This document shows positions 8,449-18,439 of a stretch of 64,000 nt of DNA, piece after piece. Origin of the DNA: Myxococcota bacterium. GTDB lineage: Bacteria > Myxococcota_A > Polyangia > Nannocystales > Nannocystaceae. The stretch covers positions 32,001 to 96,000 of the forward strand of contig JBCCHT010000020.1 of assembly GCA_039028615.1 (NCBI GenBank), read 5' to 3'. The translations under genes and the position numbers were made by a program. How positions within the stretch are numbered: position 1 is the stretch's first letter; each line of letters starts with the position of its first letter. The notes under the pieces are model-generated. The model was not told the DNA's origin and ran no database searches. It saw only the letters and a list, made by a program, of their open reading frames with translations.

Positions 8449-10047
8449 ATGACTGTCCAAGTCATGCCGCCGCCCGTCGACCCTGCCGAGGACCTCCAAC
8501 GGCTCGTCGAACTCGCCAGTCACCCGCAAGCGATCGACGACCTGCTGGAACGAGCGCTGCACTCGTTGGGCAGCGTGATCGACTACGATCTCGCCGCTCT
8601 GTACGAGCTGCGCGATGACGCGCTGCACGTACGCGCGGCGGTGGGGTCGCTGGTCTCTCCGAAGCTCCGCGAGCACACCCTCGACCTCGAGCACTTCCCC
8701 ACCGTTCGGCGCGCCCTCGAGACGCGGCGCCCGATCCCGATGCACGAGCACGACCACGCGGGCGAGGAAGGTGACCCCTACGACGGGGTGCTCGACCTTC
8801 CGCCCGGGCACTCGTGCATGGTGGTGCCGCTGTTCGCCAACGACCAGAGCCTGGGGGTCATCACGCTCGACCGCACGATCTGCCAGCCCTACGACGAGCA
8901 GGCCATGGTGCTCGCCGGGGTCTACGGTCAGGTCGTGTCGCTGGCCATCGCGTTCGCCCGCCAGGCCGAACGTCTCGATCGCTACCGCAAGCAGCTCGAG
9001 CGACACAACCAGCTGCTCATCGAAGAAGCAGGCCCCAGCGTCGACGCCCGGCTCCGCATCGAGTCGAGCCTCAGCCCCGCCATGCGCGAGCTGACCCAGC
9101 TGGCGCGGCAGGTGTCCGACGCCGACATGCCCGTGCTGATCCGCGGCGAGACGGGCACGGGCAAAGAGGTGCTCGCCCAGGCCATCCACGCCTGGAGCCG
9201 TCGCGCCAACCGGCCCTTCATCAAGCTCAACTGCGCGGCGATCCCCGAGCACCTGGTCGAGAGCGAGCTCTTCGGTCACATCAAGGGGGCGTTCTCCGGG
9301 GCCACTCGCGACCGAGCCGGGCGCTTCGTGACCGCCAACCACGGCACGCTGCTGCTCGACGAGATCGGCGACATGCCGGCCTCCGCCCAGAGCAAGCTGC
9401 TGCGCGTGCTCCAAGAGGGCGCCTTCGAACCGGTGGGTTCGGACCAGCCGATCACCGTCGACGTCCGGGTCATCGCGGCTTCGCATGTCGACCTCGAGGC
9501 CGCGGTTCGGGCGGGGCGCTTCCGCCAAGACCTGTACTTCCGCCTCGCCGTGTTCCCGCTCGAGCTGCCGCCCCTGCGCGATCGCAGCGAAGACATCGCG
9601 CCCATCGCCGAGCAGACCCTGACCGACCTGGCCAAGCGCAGCGGTCGTGGTCCGTGGACGCTGTCCCCAACGGCGCGCGACTACCTGGCCCAGGGTTCGT
9701 GGCCCGGCAACGTGCGCGAGCTGGTCAACGCGATCGAGCGCGCGACCATCCTGCAGCCACAAGGGATGATCGAGACCCATCACCTCACGCCCACGCGGCG
9801 GCTCGAGCCCGTCCCCACCGTCGACCCCGCCCAGTCCCGGGAGCCGCTGCTGCCGCTACGCGAAGCCGAACGCCGCCACCTCGTGGCCGCCCTGCGCCGC
9901 ACCAACGGGAAGATCTACGGCACCAACGGCGCGGCCCGGCTGCTCGACCTCAAGCCGACCACGCTGCAGAGCAAGCTCAAGAAGCACGGCATCGACCGCC
10001 TCGAAGTCATCGCGATCGACGAATCCGCCGAAAGCGCCGCTCAGTAA
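8449..10047 (+). CDS. Sigma-54 enhancer-binding protein, GAF-AAA+-HTH (NorR/FhlA-like)
   Basis: N-terminal GAF, GETGTGKE, ESELFGHIKGAFSGA, LLLDEIGD, WPGNVREL, C-terminal HTH (AARLLDLKPTTL). Confidence 0.93.
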   Translation: MTVQVMPPPVDPAEDLQRLVELASHPQAIDDLLERALHSLGSVIDYDLAALYELRDDALHVRAAVGSLVSPKLREHTLDLEHFPTVRRALETRRPIPMHEHDHAGEEGDPYDGVLDLPPGHSCMVVPLFANDQSLGVITLDRTICQPYDEQAMVLAGVYGQVVSLAIAFARQAERLDRYRKQLERHNQLLIEEAGPSVDARLRIESSLSPAMRELTQLARQVSDADMPVLIRGETGTGKEVLAQAIHAWSRRANRPFIKLNCAAIPEHLVESELFGHIKGAFSGATRDRAGRFVTANHGTLLLDEIGDMPASAQSKLLRVLQEGAFEPVGSDQPITVDVRVIAASHVDLEAAVRAGRFRQDLYFRLAVFPLELPPLRDRSEDIAPIAEQTLTDLAKRSGRGPWTLSPTARDYLAQGSWPGNVRELVNAIERATILQPQGMIETHHLTPTRRLEPVPTVDPAQSREPLLPLREAERRHLVAALRRTNGKIYGTNGAARLLDLKPTTLQSKLKKHGIDRLEVIAIDESAESAAQ

Positions 10048-10134
10048 CCGAATTCGGGCGATAGCGATCGAATCGTCTCACTCAGATGAGACACCGACGT
10101 GGTCTGATGACCGGGCAGGATCGCCCGCCCAGCC

Positions 10135-10653
10135 ATGTCTCGATCAACCATTGCCGATGATGCGCTCGACCTCGTCGACGGCCTGCACGAACTCGTCGAC
10201 GTGGCGTTCGGGCACGACCTGGCCGTCGCCTTTGCCGACCTCGGCTCGCACGAGTCCGCGCTCATCGTGACCGACGGGATCATCGAGACGATGATCTCGA
10301 TCCACGAAGAGCTGCCGAAGATCCACAGCCTCGGGCACCTCGGTGGGTTGGTCGCTTCGCTCGAGCCGCTGGTCGTCACCTGGATCGACCTGTTGCTCGA
10401 GGCGGCCAACGTCTTCAACCCCGCCGCGATGTTCGACGTGACCCGCGTGCGTCGGGTCGTCGATCTCGCGCTCGCGCATCAGCTCGCCGCGGGCCGGCTC
10501 GGGCTGCAGACCCCGCTGGGCAACACCAAGCGCACCGTGCTTCGCTTCGCGACCGACGCCTTGCTCGTGAACCTGCACTCGATGCACGAGCTCCTGCGTG
10601 CGCTCGACCCGGTGGAGCTGCCGCCGCTGGAACTGCCCGCTGCGCCCAAGTAG
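10135..10653 (+). CDS. Hypothetical helical protein
   Basis: 172-aa ORF with GC3 bias, 14 bp upstream of the next gene. Confidence 0.65.
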   Translation: MSRSTIADDALDLVDGLHELVDVAFGHDLAVAFADLGSHESALIVTDGIIETMISIHEELPKIHSLGHLGGLVASLEPLVVTWIDLLLEAANVFNPAAMFDVTRVRRVVDLALAHQLAAGRLGLQTPLGNTKRTVLRFATDALLVNLHSMHELLRALDPVELPPLELPAAPK

Positions 10654-10667
10654 GGTGCAGCGGCATC

Positions 10668-12740
10668 ATGCCCAACCGCCTCGCCGCGTCGACCAGCCCC
10701 TATCTTCGCCAGCACGCCGACAACCCGGTGGATTGGTACGAGTGGGGCCCGGAAGCGCTCGAGCGTGCCGAGCAGGAGGACAAGCCGATCCTGCTGTCGG
10801 TGGGCTACAGCTCGTGCCACTGGTGTCATGTGATGGCCCACGAATCCTTCGAGGACGAGGCCATCGCGGCGGTGATGAACGAGCACTTCATCAACATCAA
10901 GGTCGACCGCGAAGAGCGACCGGACATCGACGCGATCTACCAGCGAGTGGTGCAGCTGATGGGTCAAGGCGGAGGCTGGCCGCTGACCGTGTTCCTCACG
11001 CCCGCCCAGGAGCCCTACTACGGCGGGACCTACTTTCCGCCCGAGCCCGCCCACGGGCGACCGAGCTTCCGCCAGGTCCTGCACGCGCTGGCCGACCTCT
11101 ATCGCGACGATGCGGACAAGGTCCGGCAGCACACGCAGAGCTTTCGTGAGGGCTTCGCCGAGCTCGCGGGCTCGATGGACGACGAGGCGAAGCACGCCGA
11201 AGACGACCCCTCGCCCGACGACCCGGCGGGGCTGCGCCTCGCGGTCCAGCGACTCCTCGGGCGTATGGACGAGCAATGGGGCGGCTTCGGACGCCAGCCC
11301 AAGTTTCCCAACGCTACCGCGCTGGAGCTGCTGGCCTCGGTCGCCCGCCATCCCGACGGCGGCACCGTCGGCACTTCGGCTCGTCGCGCCCTGCACAACA
11401 CGCTCGAGAAGATGTATCGGGGCGGCATCTACGATCACCTCCGCGGCGGCTTTGCGCGCTACAGCACGGACCGAGAGTGGCTCGTGCCTCACTTCGAGAA
11501 GATGCTCTACGACAACGCGCTGTTGCTGCCGCTGTACGCCGAGAGCAGCGCACGGGCGCCCGAGCGAGCGCACCTGCTCCGCGTGGTCGAGCAGACCGTC
11601 GAGTACCTCGTGGCGGACATGCGGACCGACGACGGCACCTTCTTCGCCGCGACGGATGCCGACAGCGAAGGGGTGGAGGGCAAGTACTTTTGCTGGACGC
11701 CGACCCAGCTGCGCGAGGCCTTGGAGGACGCGTCGCTCGCCGAGCTGGTGGGCACGGTCTACGGGGTGACCGAAGAGGGGAACTTCGAGCACGGCTGGTC
11801 CATCCTCAACCTCGCGCGACCGCTCGACGAGCACGCCGCGGCGCTCGGGATGACGCGCAGCGAGCTGGATGCGAAGCTCGCGGGCGCGCTCGAGACCCTG
11901 CTGGAGCATCGCCATCGGCGGGTCCCGCCCCATCGCGACGACAAGATCTTGACCAGCTGGAACGCGCTGCTCGTCAGCGGCTTCGCCCGCAGCGCGGGGG
12001 CGATGCTGGCCGCCGGTCATCGTGCCCAGGGCGAGCGCTGCGAAGGCCTGGCCCTGGCCTGCCTGCGGCACCTGGTCGAGCACCACATCGACGACGAGGG
12101 TCGGGTGCTGCGGGCCGCGTTCGAGGGCACGGTGCATACCCGCGGGGTGCTCGATGATGTCGCCCACCTCGGCCGCGCGTGTCTCGACGTGCACGAGCTG
12201 ACCTTGGACCCACGGTGGCTCGAGCAGGCCCGGGCCCTGGCCGCGCATGCCCTGGCCGTGCACCTGCGTCCCGACGGCGACGGCTTCTACATGACGCCCA
12301 ACGACGCCGCCGCCCTGGTCGATCGCACCGAGAGCCAGCACGACGGGCCCATCCCCTCGGGGCTCGGGGTCATGCTCGAGCTGCTGCTGCGCCTGCATGC
12401 CGCCGAGCGAGCGCCCGAGGGCAGTGCGGAGGTCATCGCGGCCGTGCTGCACCGATTCCGCGGCGCCACCGTGCAGCCGCACGGATACGCGAGCCTGCTG
12501 CACGCGGCCCGCCTGCGCTCCCACGATGCCATTCACGTCACCGTGCGGGGCCCGAGCTTCGACGACGCCGAGGTCCGAGCCTTGGCCGCGTGTGCCCGAT
12601 CCCGCCGGCTACCGCTGGCCGCAGCCCTGAGCCTGAACTTCGAGACGCACGAGGTCGCCTCCGCCATCGTCTGCCGCGGCCAGACCTGTCGGCCTCCCGT
12701 CGGCGACGTCGAGGCCCTGCGCAGCATGCTGGTCGACTGA
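10668..12740 (+). CDS. YyaL/SSP411-like thioredoxin-domain protein (DUF255 plus six-hairpin fold)
   Basis: [66 protein letters not shown]. Confidence 0.93.
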   Translation: MPNRLAASTSPYLRQHADNPVDWYEWGPEALERAEQEDKPILLSVGYSSCHWCHVMAHESFEDEAIAAVMNEHFINIKVDREERPDIDAIYQRVVQLMGQGGGWPLTVFLTPAQEPYYGGTYFPPEPAHGRPSFRQVLHALADLYRDDADKVRQHTQSFREGFAELAGSMDDEAKHAEDDPSPDDPAGLRLAVQRLLGRMDEQWGGFGRQPKFPNATALELLASVARHPDGGTVGTSARRALHNTLEKMYRGGIYDHLRGGFARYSTDREWLVPHFEKMLYDNALLLPLYAESSARAPERAHLLRVVEQTVEYLVADMRTDDGTFFAATDADSEGVEGKYFCWTPTQLREALEDASLAELVGTVYGVTEEGNFEHGWSILNLARPLDEHAAALGMTRSELDAKLAGALETLLEHRHRRVPPHRDDKILTSWNALLVSGFARSAGAMLAAGHRAQGERCEGLALACLRHLVEHHIDDEGRVLRAAFEGTVHTRGVLDDVAHLGRACLDVHELTLDPRWLEQARALAAHALAVHLRPDGDGFYMTPNDAAALVDRTESQHDGPIPSGLGVMLELLLRLHAAERAPEGSAEVIAAVLHRFRGATVQPHGYASLLHAARLRSHDAIHVTVRGPSFDDAEVRALAACARSRRLPLAAALSLNFETHEVASAIVCRGQTCRPPVGDVEALRSMLVD

Positions 12741-12831
12741 GCCCGGCGACCCCTTCACGGCCCGCCGCGCCGGGTTTGCCCGCCCCGTGGTCAAGACCCC
12801 CGACGCAGCGATACACTGGCGGCCCGCCGCG

Positions 12832-13113
12832 ATGCCCTACGTCGAGTACGCCTGCGAAGGACGCCTGCTGTTTCGCACCGAGACGACCGAAGGGGCGCAG
12901 TTCGTGCCGCGGATCCACGAGATCGTGGTGATCGACGACACCCCCTACCAGGTCGTGGACGTCGAGTACTGGGCCCGCCGCATGGGGGCCACGGACCGAC
13001 GCTTCGTGTGGCCCACGATCTACGTGGTCCCCGTGCCCTCGGAGGAGTGGGAGCGACGCCTCGAGCGTCGCAACACTCGCCCCGACCCGGGTAAACCTCC
13101 CATTCGGTACTGA
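12832..13113 (+). CDS. Small hypothetical protein
   Basis: 93-aa ORF with GC3 bias, 9 bp before the acyltransferase. Confidence 0.6.
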   Translation: MPYVEYACEGRLLFRTETTEGAQFVPRIHEIVVIDDTPYQVVDVEYWARRMGATDRRFVWPTIYVVPVPSEEWERRLERRNTRPDPGKPPIRY

Positions 13114-13122
13114 GACCTGCCC

Positions 13123-13998
13123 ATGCCTTTGTTGCGGCCCAAGCGTGTGTCCATGGACTTGCTGCGCCCGCTGCTACCGGCGCGGGAGTGGGAGCGCGTG
13201 CAGTCCTACCCGGTGCAAGACGTCGGCTTTGGCACGGACGCCTTCGGCACCCGCCGCGAGTTCCTCGGCTTCGCCTACGCCATCGGCTACTGGCTGCACC
13301 GCAACTACTTCCGGGTCGTCTCCGCCGGACACGAGAACATCCCCTCCGAGGGGGGCGGCGTGGTGGTGGGCAACCATAGTGGCGTGCTGCCCTTCGACGG
13401 GGTGATGCTGGGGACGGACGTGTTCCGCAACACCGAGCCGCCCCGGCTGGTCCGCTACATGGTGGACTACTTCGTGTACCAGCTGCCCTTCGTGGGGGCG
13501 ATGTTCCGCGGCATCGGCCAGATGCCCGGCACGCGGCGCAACTTCGATGGCCTCGTCGAAGAGGGCCACCTGGTGGGCATCTTCCCCGAGGGCGCGGCCG
13601 CGCTGGGCAAGACGATGCACCAGCGCTACGAGCTTTACCCCTTCAACCACGGTCACGTGGAGCTCGCCGCCCGCCACGGGGTGCCCGTGCTTCCCTTCGG
13701 CCTGGTGGGGGCCGAAGAGCAGCAGACCATGGTCACCGACCTGCGGCCGCTGGCCAAGGCGCTGCGCCTGCCCTACTTCCCGGTCACCACCACGTTCCCG
13801 TGGTTCGGCCCGCTGGGGCTGCTGCCCCGGCCCTCGCGCTACTTCATCAACTACGGTCCGCCCATCGACATCGACCCCGACGCGCTGCGGAGCATGGAAG
13901 TGCGCCAGCGAGAGGTCGAGCGCGTCATGGATGCGGTGGCCGAACAGATCCGCGTGGGGCAAGCCGCCCGCCGGGCCCGGACAGGAGAGTCGTCATGA
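13123..13998 (+). CDS. PlsC-like lysophospholipid acyltransferase
   Basis: NHSGVLPFD and IFPEG motifs. Confidence 0.9.
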   Translation: MPLLRPKRVSMDLLRPLLPAREWERVQSYPVQDVGFGTDAFGTRREFLGFAYAIGYWLHRNYFRVVSAGHENIPSEGGGVVVGNHSGVLPFDGVMLGTDVFRNTEPPRLVRYMVDYFVYQLPFVGAMFRGIGQMPGTRRNFDGLVEEGHLVGIFPEGAAALGKTMHQRYELYPFNHGHVELAARHGVPVLPFGLVGAEEQQTMVTDLRPLAKALRLPYFPVTTTFPWFGPLGLLPRPSRYFINYGPPIDIDPDALRSMEVRQREVERVMDAVAEQIRVGQAARRARTGESS

Positions 13999-15041
13999 GC
14001 CGGTCACGCATGCCAGGGCCCATGGGCATCGCGAGCGACGAAGCCTACGAGCCAGGGGCGCTCCGGGCCTCGCGTCGCCGCATCTTCATCGCGGGCGCCC
14101 GGCGGCGAGTGGCCGTGCACCTCATCGAGCGCCTGCTCGCCGACCCCGACGTCGAGGTGATCTTGGCCGTCGACCGCGGCGCCTGCCCGCCCACCTTGCT
14201 GGGCTGCGACCCCGAGCGCTTCGTGTTCGCCTCGGCCGACCTCAGCCGCCGCCGCCAGGTCGACAACCTGTTCTTGCTCGATCGCTTCCGCGGTCGCCCC
14301 TTCGACACCGTGCTGCACCTGGCCTTCCAGGGCAACCCGCACGGCTACAACTTCAAGAGCCACGAATTCAACGTCAACGCGGCGCAGCACCTGCTCGAGG
14401 CCAGCCTCCGCCACGGGGTGAAGAAGTACATCTTCTTGTCGAGCGACGCGGTCTACAAGCTGGGGCCGCGCAACGACTACAAGGTTCGCGAAGACTCCGA
14501 GCTCAACCTCGACCCCACCGCGCACCCGATCCTGCGCGACACCCTCGACGCGGAGTTCATCTGTCGCGCCAAGATGGACGACCCCTCGGCGGAGGTCATG
14601 GTCATCCGTCCCAGCGGGGTGTTCGGCGGCGGCGTGATCTCGGGCATCAACCTGCTGTTCGAGAGCAACCCGCCCGTGCTGCCCGTGGGCTTCGACCCCA
14701 TGGTCAACCCCACCACCAAAGAGCGCCTGTCACGAGACCTGATGCTCGCGATCTTCTTGCATGGCAAGGGCGTCTACAACGTGGCGGGCAGCACCATCGG
14801 CCCGCTGACCAAGTTTCTCGAGGAGCGCGGCATCAAGCCCGTGCGCGTGCCCGGGCTGGCCCTCAAGGCCCTCAACCGGGCGCAGCGGATCATGGGGATG
14901 ACCCGCTACCACGCCAGTTTCCACCCCAAGCGGCTGTTTTATAGCCTGGTGCTCGACGACGGAAAGTTCGAGCGAGTGTTCCGGCAAAACGCCCACCGGG
15001 TGCTGGCCCTGGGCCGCAGCACCGACGGGCTCGGCGAGTAG
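13995..15041 (+). CDS. Atypical NAD-dependent epimerase/dehydratase (extended SDR-like)
   Basis: Rossmann-like start IFIAGA, DTVLHLAF, FLSSDAVY, VIRPSGVFG, GVYNVAG; ATGA overlap with the acyltransferase. Confidence 0.8.
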   Translation: MSRSRMPGPMGIASDEAYEPGALRASRRRIFIAGARRRVAVHLIERLLADPDVEVILAVDRGACPPTLLGCDPERFVFASADLSRRRQVDNLFLLDRFRGRPFDTVLHLAFQGNPHGYNFKSHEFNVNAAQHLLEASLRHGVKKYIFLSSDAVYKLGPRNDYKVREDSELNLDPTAHPILRDTLDAEFICRAKMDDPSAEVMVIRPSGVFGGGVISGINLLFESNPPVLPVGFDPMVNPTTKERLSRDLMLAIFLHGKGVYNVAGSTIGPLTKFLEERGIKPVRVPGLALKALNRAQRIMGMTRYHASFHPKRLFYSLVLDDGKFERVFRQNAHRVLALGRSTDGLGE

Positions 15042-15044
15042 CCT

Positions 15045-16475
15045 CTAGCGCTCGATCACCACCGCGCCCGGGGCCTTCACCGTGAAGCGTCGCTCGGCGT
15101 GGCCGCCCGGCTTGATGAAGCGGGCCTCGAGCACGACCTCGTCGACGGAGGCGTCGCGCGGTCGCACCGAGAGCGTGGAGCGGGGTGCATCGGCGGTGAG
15201 CATGATCGTCGTGCGACCGTCGAGTTCGTTGGCGGCATCGGAGTAGCGCGCGTCGACTTCGACCCGGTGGTACACGCTCCAGTCGACGGCCGTGCTGAGC
15301 TCGACCGGCCACAGCGGTGCCACGGCGTCGATCATCACCATGGCGATCTCGTCGTTCATCGGGCGCCACGGTGACGCCAGCTCGCCGCGGGTGTGACCGA
15401 TCGTCTGCCCCTCGGAGCGCAGCAGCGCCCGGGTGCGCATCTCGAGCTGCGCGGCTCCCCGGAAGCGCACCGTCTTGCTCGACGGCTCGCGAAACAGCTC
15501 GGAGCGCTGCTCGTCGCCCGCCCGGACCTCGACGATCAAGGTGTGGACGGCATGGGCCTCGAAGTCGCCCATGACCTCCAGCTGCAGGTTGGTCTCGCGG
15601 AAGAATTCGTTGGCGTCGACATCGACCCGCACGGAGGGAGCATCTTCGGGGGTCTCGGGCACTGCGCCCGCGAGCGCGGCCAGGTCACCATTCACGGCCC
15701 GGCGAAGGGTAAAGGGCGCGCCTTGACCGAGGTCGTAGGTCACCGTGCCTCCCGCCTCCGCGTCCGGGGCCTTGGGACGCCACTGCCCCGTACCGACCGG
15801 GTCGAGGAACAGATCGGCGACCCAGGCTCGGGCGGCATCCGTGACCCGCTCGAAGGCATCCGCCGCTTGGAGCCGCACGATCCCCTGCTCGAGCATCTGC
15901 TGAAAGCCCGCCCGCACCGCGAGCGCATCGAGGCGGGCCTCGCCCGACGACCACAGCGCAGCCGCCCGCCCGTGGTCGACGGTCATCTGCCCTTCGACAC
16001 CGGGTCGATGGCCCGCCACCTGGAACTGCGCCCAGGCCTCGAGTCCATGCCCGGCCGCCAGCGCGGCCTCGGCTTCCGTGGCCGCCTCGGCCGAGATCGG
16101 GGTCATCGCGGCGAGGTGCCCCTGCGGGCTCACCCGGCCCCGACCCACGCTGGTGGGCGACTCGCCGCCCGTGAAGACCTCGACCTCTTCGAGCTCGACC
16201 GTCCGCACCTCCACCGCGCGCCCGGTAATGCGTCGCAGGTCGTCGGCGATGAGCGTGCGCTGCTCGGGCGAGGTCGCGACGACGAAGGTCGCGGTCAGCA
16301 TGCCCCCCGACGGTGCATTCCCGCCGCGATGCAGGATGAGCGACAGCTGGGCCTCCCCCGCGTTGTTGTTCAGCAGCTCCAGCGTGCCCGGCAGCACCCA
16401 ATAGAGATCCGGCGTCGCATGATCGCGAAACACCTCGTGGCCACGAACCTGGGCCCAGGTAGTGATGTCCAACAT
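15045..16475 (-). CDS. Hypothetical beta-rich protein
   Basis: 476-aa ORF with AGGAG upstream and GC3 bias; no recognisable enzyme motif. Confidence 0.75.
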   Translation of the reverse strand: MLDITTWAQVRGHEVFRDHATPDLYWVLPGTLELLNNNAGEAQLSLILHRGGNAPSGGMLTATFVVATSPEQRTLIADDLRRITGRAVEVRTVELEEVEVFTGGESPTSVGRGRVSPQGHLAAMTPISAEAATEAEAALAAGHGLEAWAQFQVAGHRPGVEGQMTVDHGRAAALWSSGEARLDALAVRAGFQQMLEQGIVRLQAADAFERVTDAARAWVADLFLDPVGTGQWRPKAPDAEAGGTVTYDLGQGAPFTLRRAVNGDLAALAGAVPETPEDAPSVRVDVDANEFFRETNLQLEVMGDFEAHAVHTLIVEVRAGDEQRSELFREPSSKTVRFRGAAQLEMRTRALLRSEGQTIGHTRGELASPWRPMNDEIAMVMIDAVAPLWPVELSTAVDWSVYHRVEVDARYSDAANELDGRTTIMLTADAPRSTLSVRPRDASVDEVVLEARFIKPGGHAERRFTVKAPGAVVIER

Positions 16476-16912
16476 CTCGAAAACTCCTGATCGAGTTTCG
16501 ATCCTACCACCGCGCCCGTTGGCGTCCCCGTCGCGTGGTCAGGCCCGATGGCCTCTGACCTTGCCGGGGTTGCGGCCGGTCTTCGCGGCAGCCAACAGAT
16601 CGGGCGCGAGTCGCCCGGTGAAGCTCGTTCGCTGCGATCACTCGAGACGTCGGGCCGCACCATTGAACGTCGAGGCGATGACACGGCGCTCGGTCACGTC
16701 CGAGTTCGACCCCGGAGCCGCTGGTCGATCGAAGGCTCGCTCCGTTTCGAAACTCCGATCGACACACCCGTAGTCTCGCTGACGTCACCCGCACGCGAGC
16801 CCCGATTCGCGCGTCAGAGTGTCGCAGCGGCGCTGTGTCGCGCGTCATCGAGCCGCGTTCTCTGGCGTCGTGCCTTCGTGCAGTTTTCGCCTCGACGAGG
16901 AACGCACGAAAA

Positions 16913-18439
16913 ATGAAGCTCCTTCATACTCCGCGCAAGCTCACGATCTCGGTCCTCGGGGCCATGCTCTCGCTGCCGACCTCATGCACGTCGCAGACCG
17001 ACGACGAGCAGGCCAGCGTCGACGACCGCGGGACCCACTTCGTGATCCCCTTCACCGCCACCATCAACGGCGAGCCCGTGGAGTGCGGGCGTTCCTACGA
17101 GGGCGTGGGCAGCAGTCGAAGTAGCGTAGAGCTTCGCGACGTCCGCTTCTACGTGCACGACGTGCAGCTGGTCACCGCGGACGGCGACCGAGTCCCGCTG
17201 CAACTCGATGAAGACCACCAGTTCCAGAAGGCCTATACCCGCGCCGACGGCAGCGTCAGCGGCCTGGCCCTGCTCGACTTCACCGACACCAGCTCGGAGC
17301 TGTGCGCGGACCGAGGCACGGCCGACCTCCACACCTTCGTCAGCGGCCACGCGCCCGAGGGCGACTACACGGGCGTCGAGTTCACCGTCGGCGTGCCCGA
17401 GGAGGAAAACCACGTCAACGGAGCCGTCTCGGACGCACCGCTCAACGCGTACGGCATGCAGTGGACCTGGGCCTCGGGCTATCGGCACATGAAGCTCGAG
17501 GTCCAGGCCACCACGGGCGACAAAATCAAGGACAAGTACTACTTCCACCCCGGCTCCCAGGGCTGCGAGAGCACCAACGGCGAGGTCTCGGGGCCCTACG
17601 CCTGCTCGATGCCGCTGCTGTCCACGGTGAGCATGGACCTCGACTTCGACGGCGAGGCCATCGAGTTCGACCTGGGTCGGTTCTACGCCGCCGATGATCT
17701 CGACCGCGGCCGCGGCTGCATGTTCGTTCGCAACCTCTCCGACATGCAGGACGGCGAGGAGGTCCAGCCCAACGGATGCACCGAGATGTTCGCGGCGATC
17801 GGCATCGAGCTGCCGCAGTTCGACGAGCAAGGCGCCCCCACCACCGACGCCAGGCAGACCTCGCAGACGGCCTTTCGTGCCGTGCCCTTCGAAGGTGAGC
17901 CGGGTGAGCCCGCCGACTTCCCTGCCGTGGAGGAGCTGGACCGCACCGACCCCCGGGGCTGGCCGCACCCCGACTTCGAGCGCGACCCCGGGCTGGACCT
18001 CGAGGCCATCTCCAAGGCCGACCTCGCGTTCAGCCACGCCCCCGGCGACGCCCGCTACGGCGCCAATTGCATGAAGTGCCACCAGAGCCACGGCCCCGGC
18101 CCCGGCCAGTTCGTGATCGGCGGCACGGTCTACGACGCGAACGGTGACACCTACCGCGAGGGCGGCGTGATCGAGCTCGGCCTGGGCGAGGGCAACCGCT
18201 TCGCCGGCTCGGTCGAAGAGAAGATCACCAACTGGGAACCCAAGTTCTCGCTGCCCATCGACGCCAACGGTCAGTTTTACGCCACGTCCATTCCCGAGCT
18301 GGACTACGGCGTCGAGAACTACATGGCCAAGGTCTACGACCGGGCGGGCGAGCTGAAGCTCGCGATGTCCATTGCCCCCCACGGAGCGTGCAACCACTGC
18401 CACTCCAACGGGTTTCAGATCCGCCTGGGAGCGGAATAG
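16913..18439 (+). CDS. MbnP-family copper-binding exported protein fused to a C-terminal di-heme c-type domain
   Basis: DVRFYVHDVQLV, LALLDF, FTVGVP..NH, MQWTWASGYRH (WxW), HPGSQGC; C-terminal CMKCH and CNHCH. Confidence 0.85.
   Translation: MKLLHTPRKLTISVLGAMLSLPTSCTSQTDDEQASVDDRGTHFVIPFTATINGEPVECGRSYEGVGSSRSSVELRDVRFYVHDVQLVTADGDRVPLQLDEDHQFQKAYTRADGSVSGLALLDFTDTSSELCADRGTADLHTFVSGHAPEGDYTGVEFTVGVPEEENHVNGAVSDAPLNAYGMQWTWASGYRHMKLEVQATTGDKIKDKYYFHPGSQGCESTNGEVSGPYACSMPLLSTVSMDLDFDGEAIEFDLGRFYAADDLDRGRGCMFVRNLSDMQDGEEVQPNGCTEMFAAIGIELPQFDEQGAPTTDARQTSQTAFRAVPFEGEPGEPADFPAVEELDRTDPRGWPHPDFERDPGLDLEAISKADLAFSHAPGDARYGANCMKCHQSHGPGPGQFVIGGTVYDANGDTYREGGVIELGLGEGNRFAGSVEEKITNWEPKFSLPIDANGQFYATSIPELDYGVENYMAKVYDRAGELKLAMSIAPHGACNHCHSNGFQIRLGAE

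Noticed and set aside
16500..16900. Cobalamin riboswitch upstream of the MbnP-like gene
   Set aside because: The conserved B12-box and core motifs were not found by eye.
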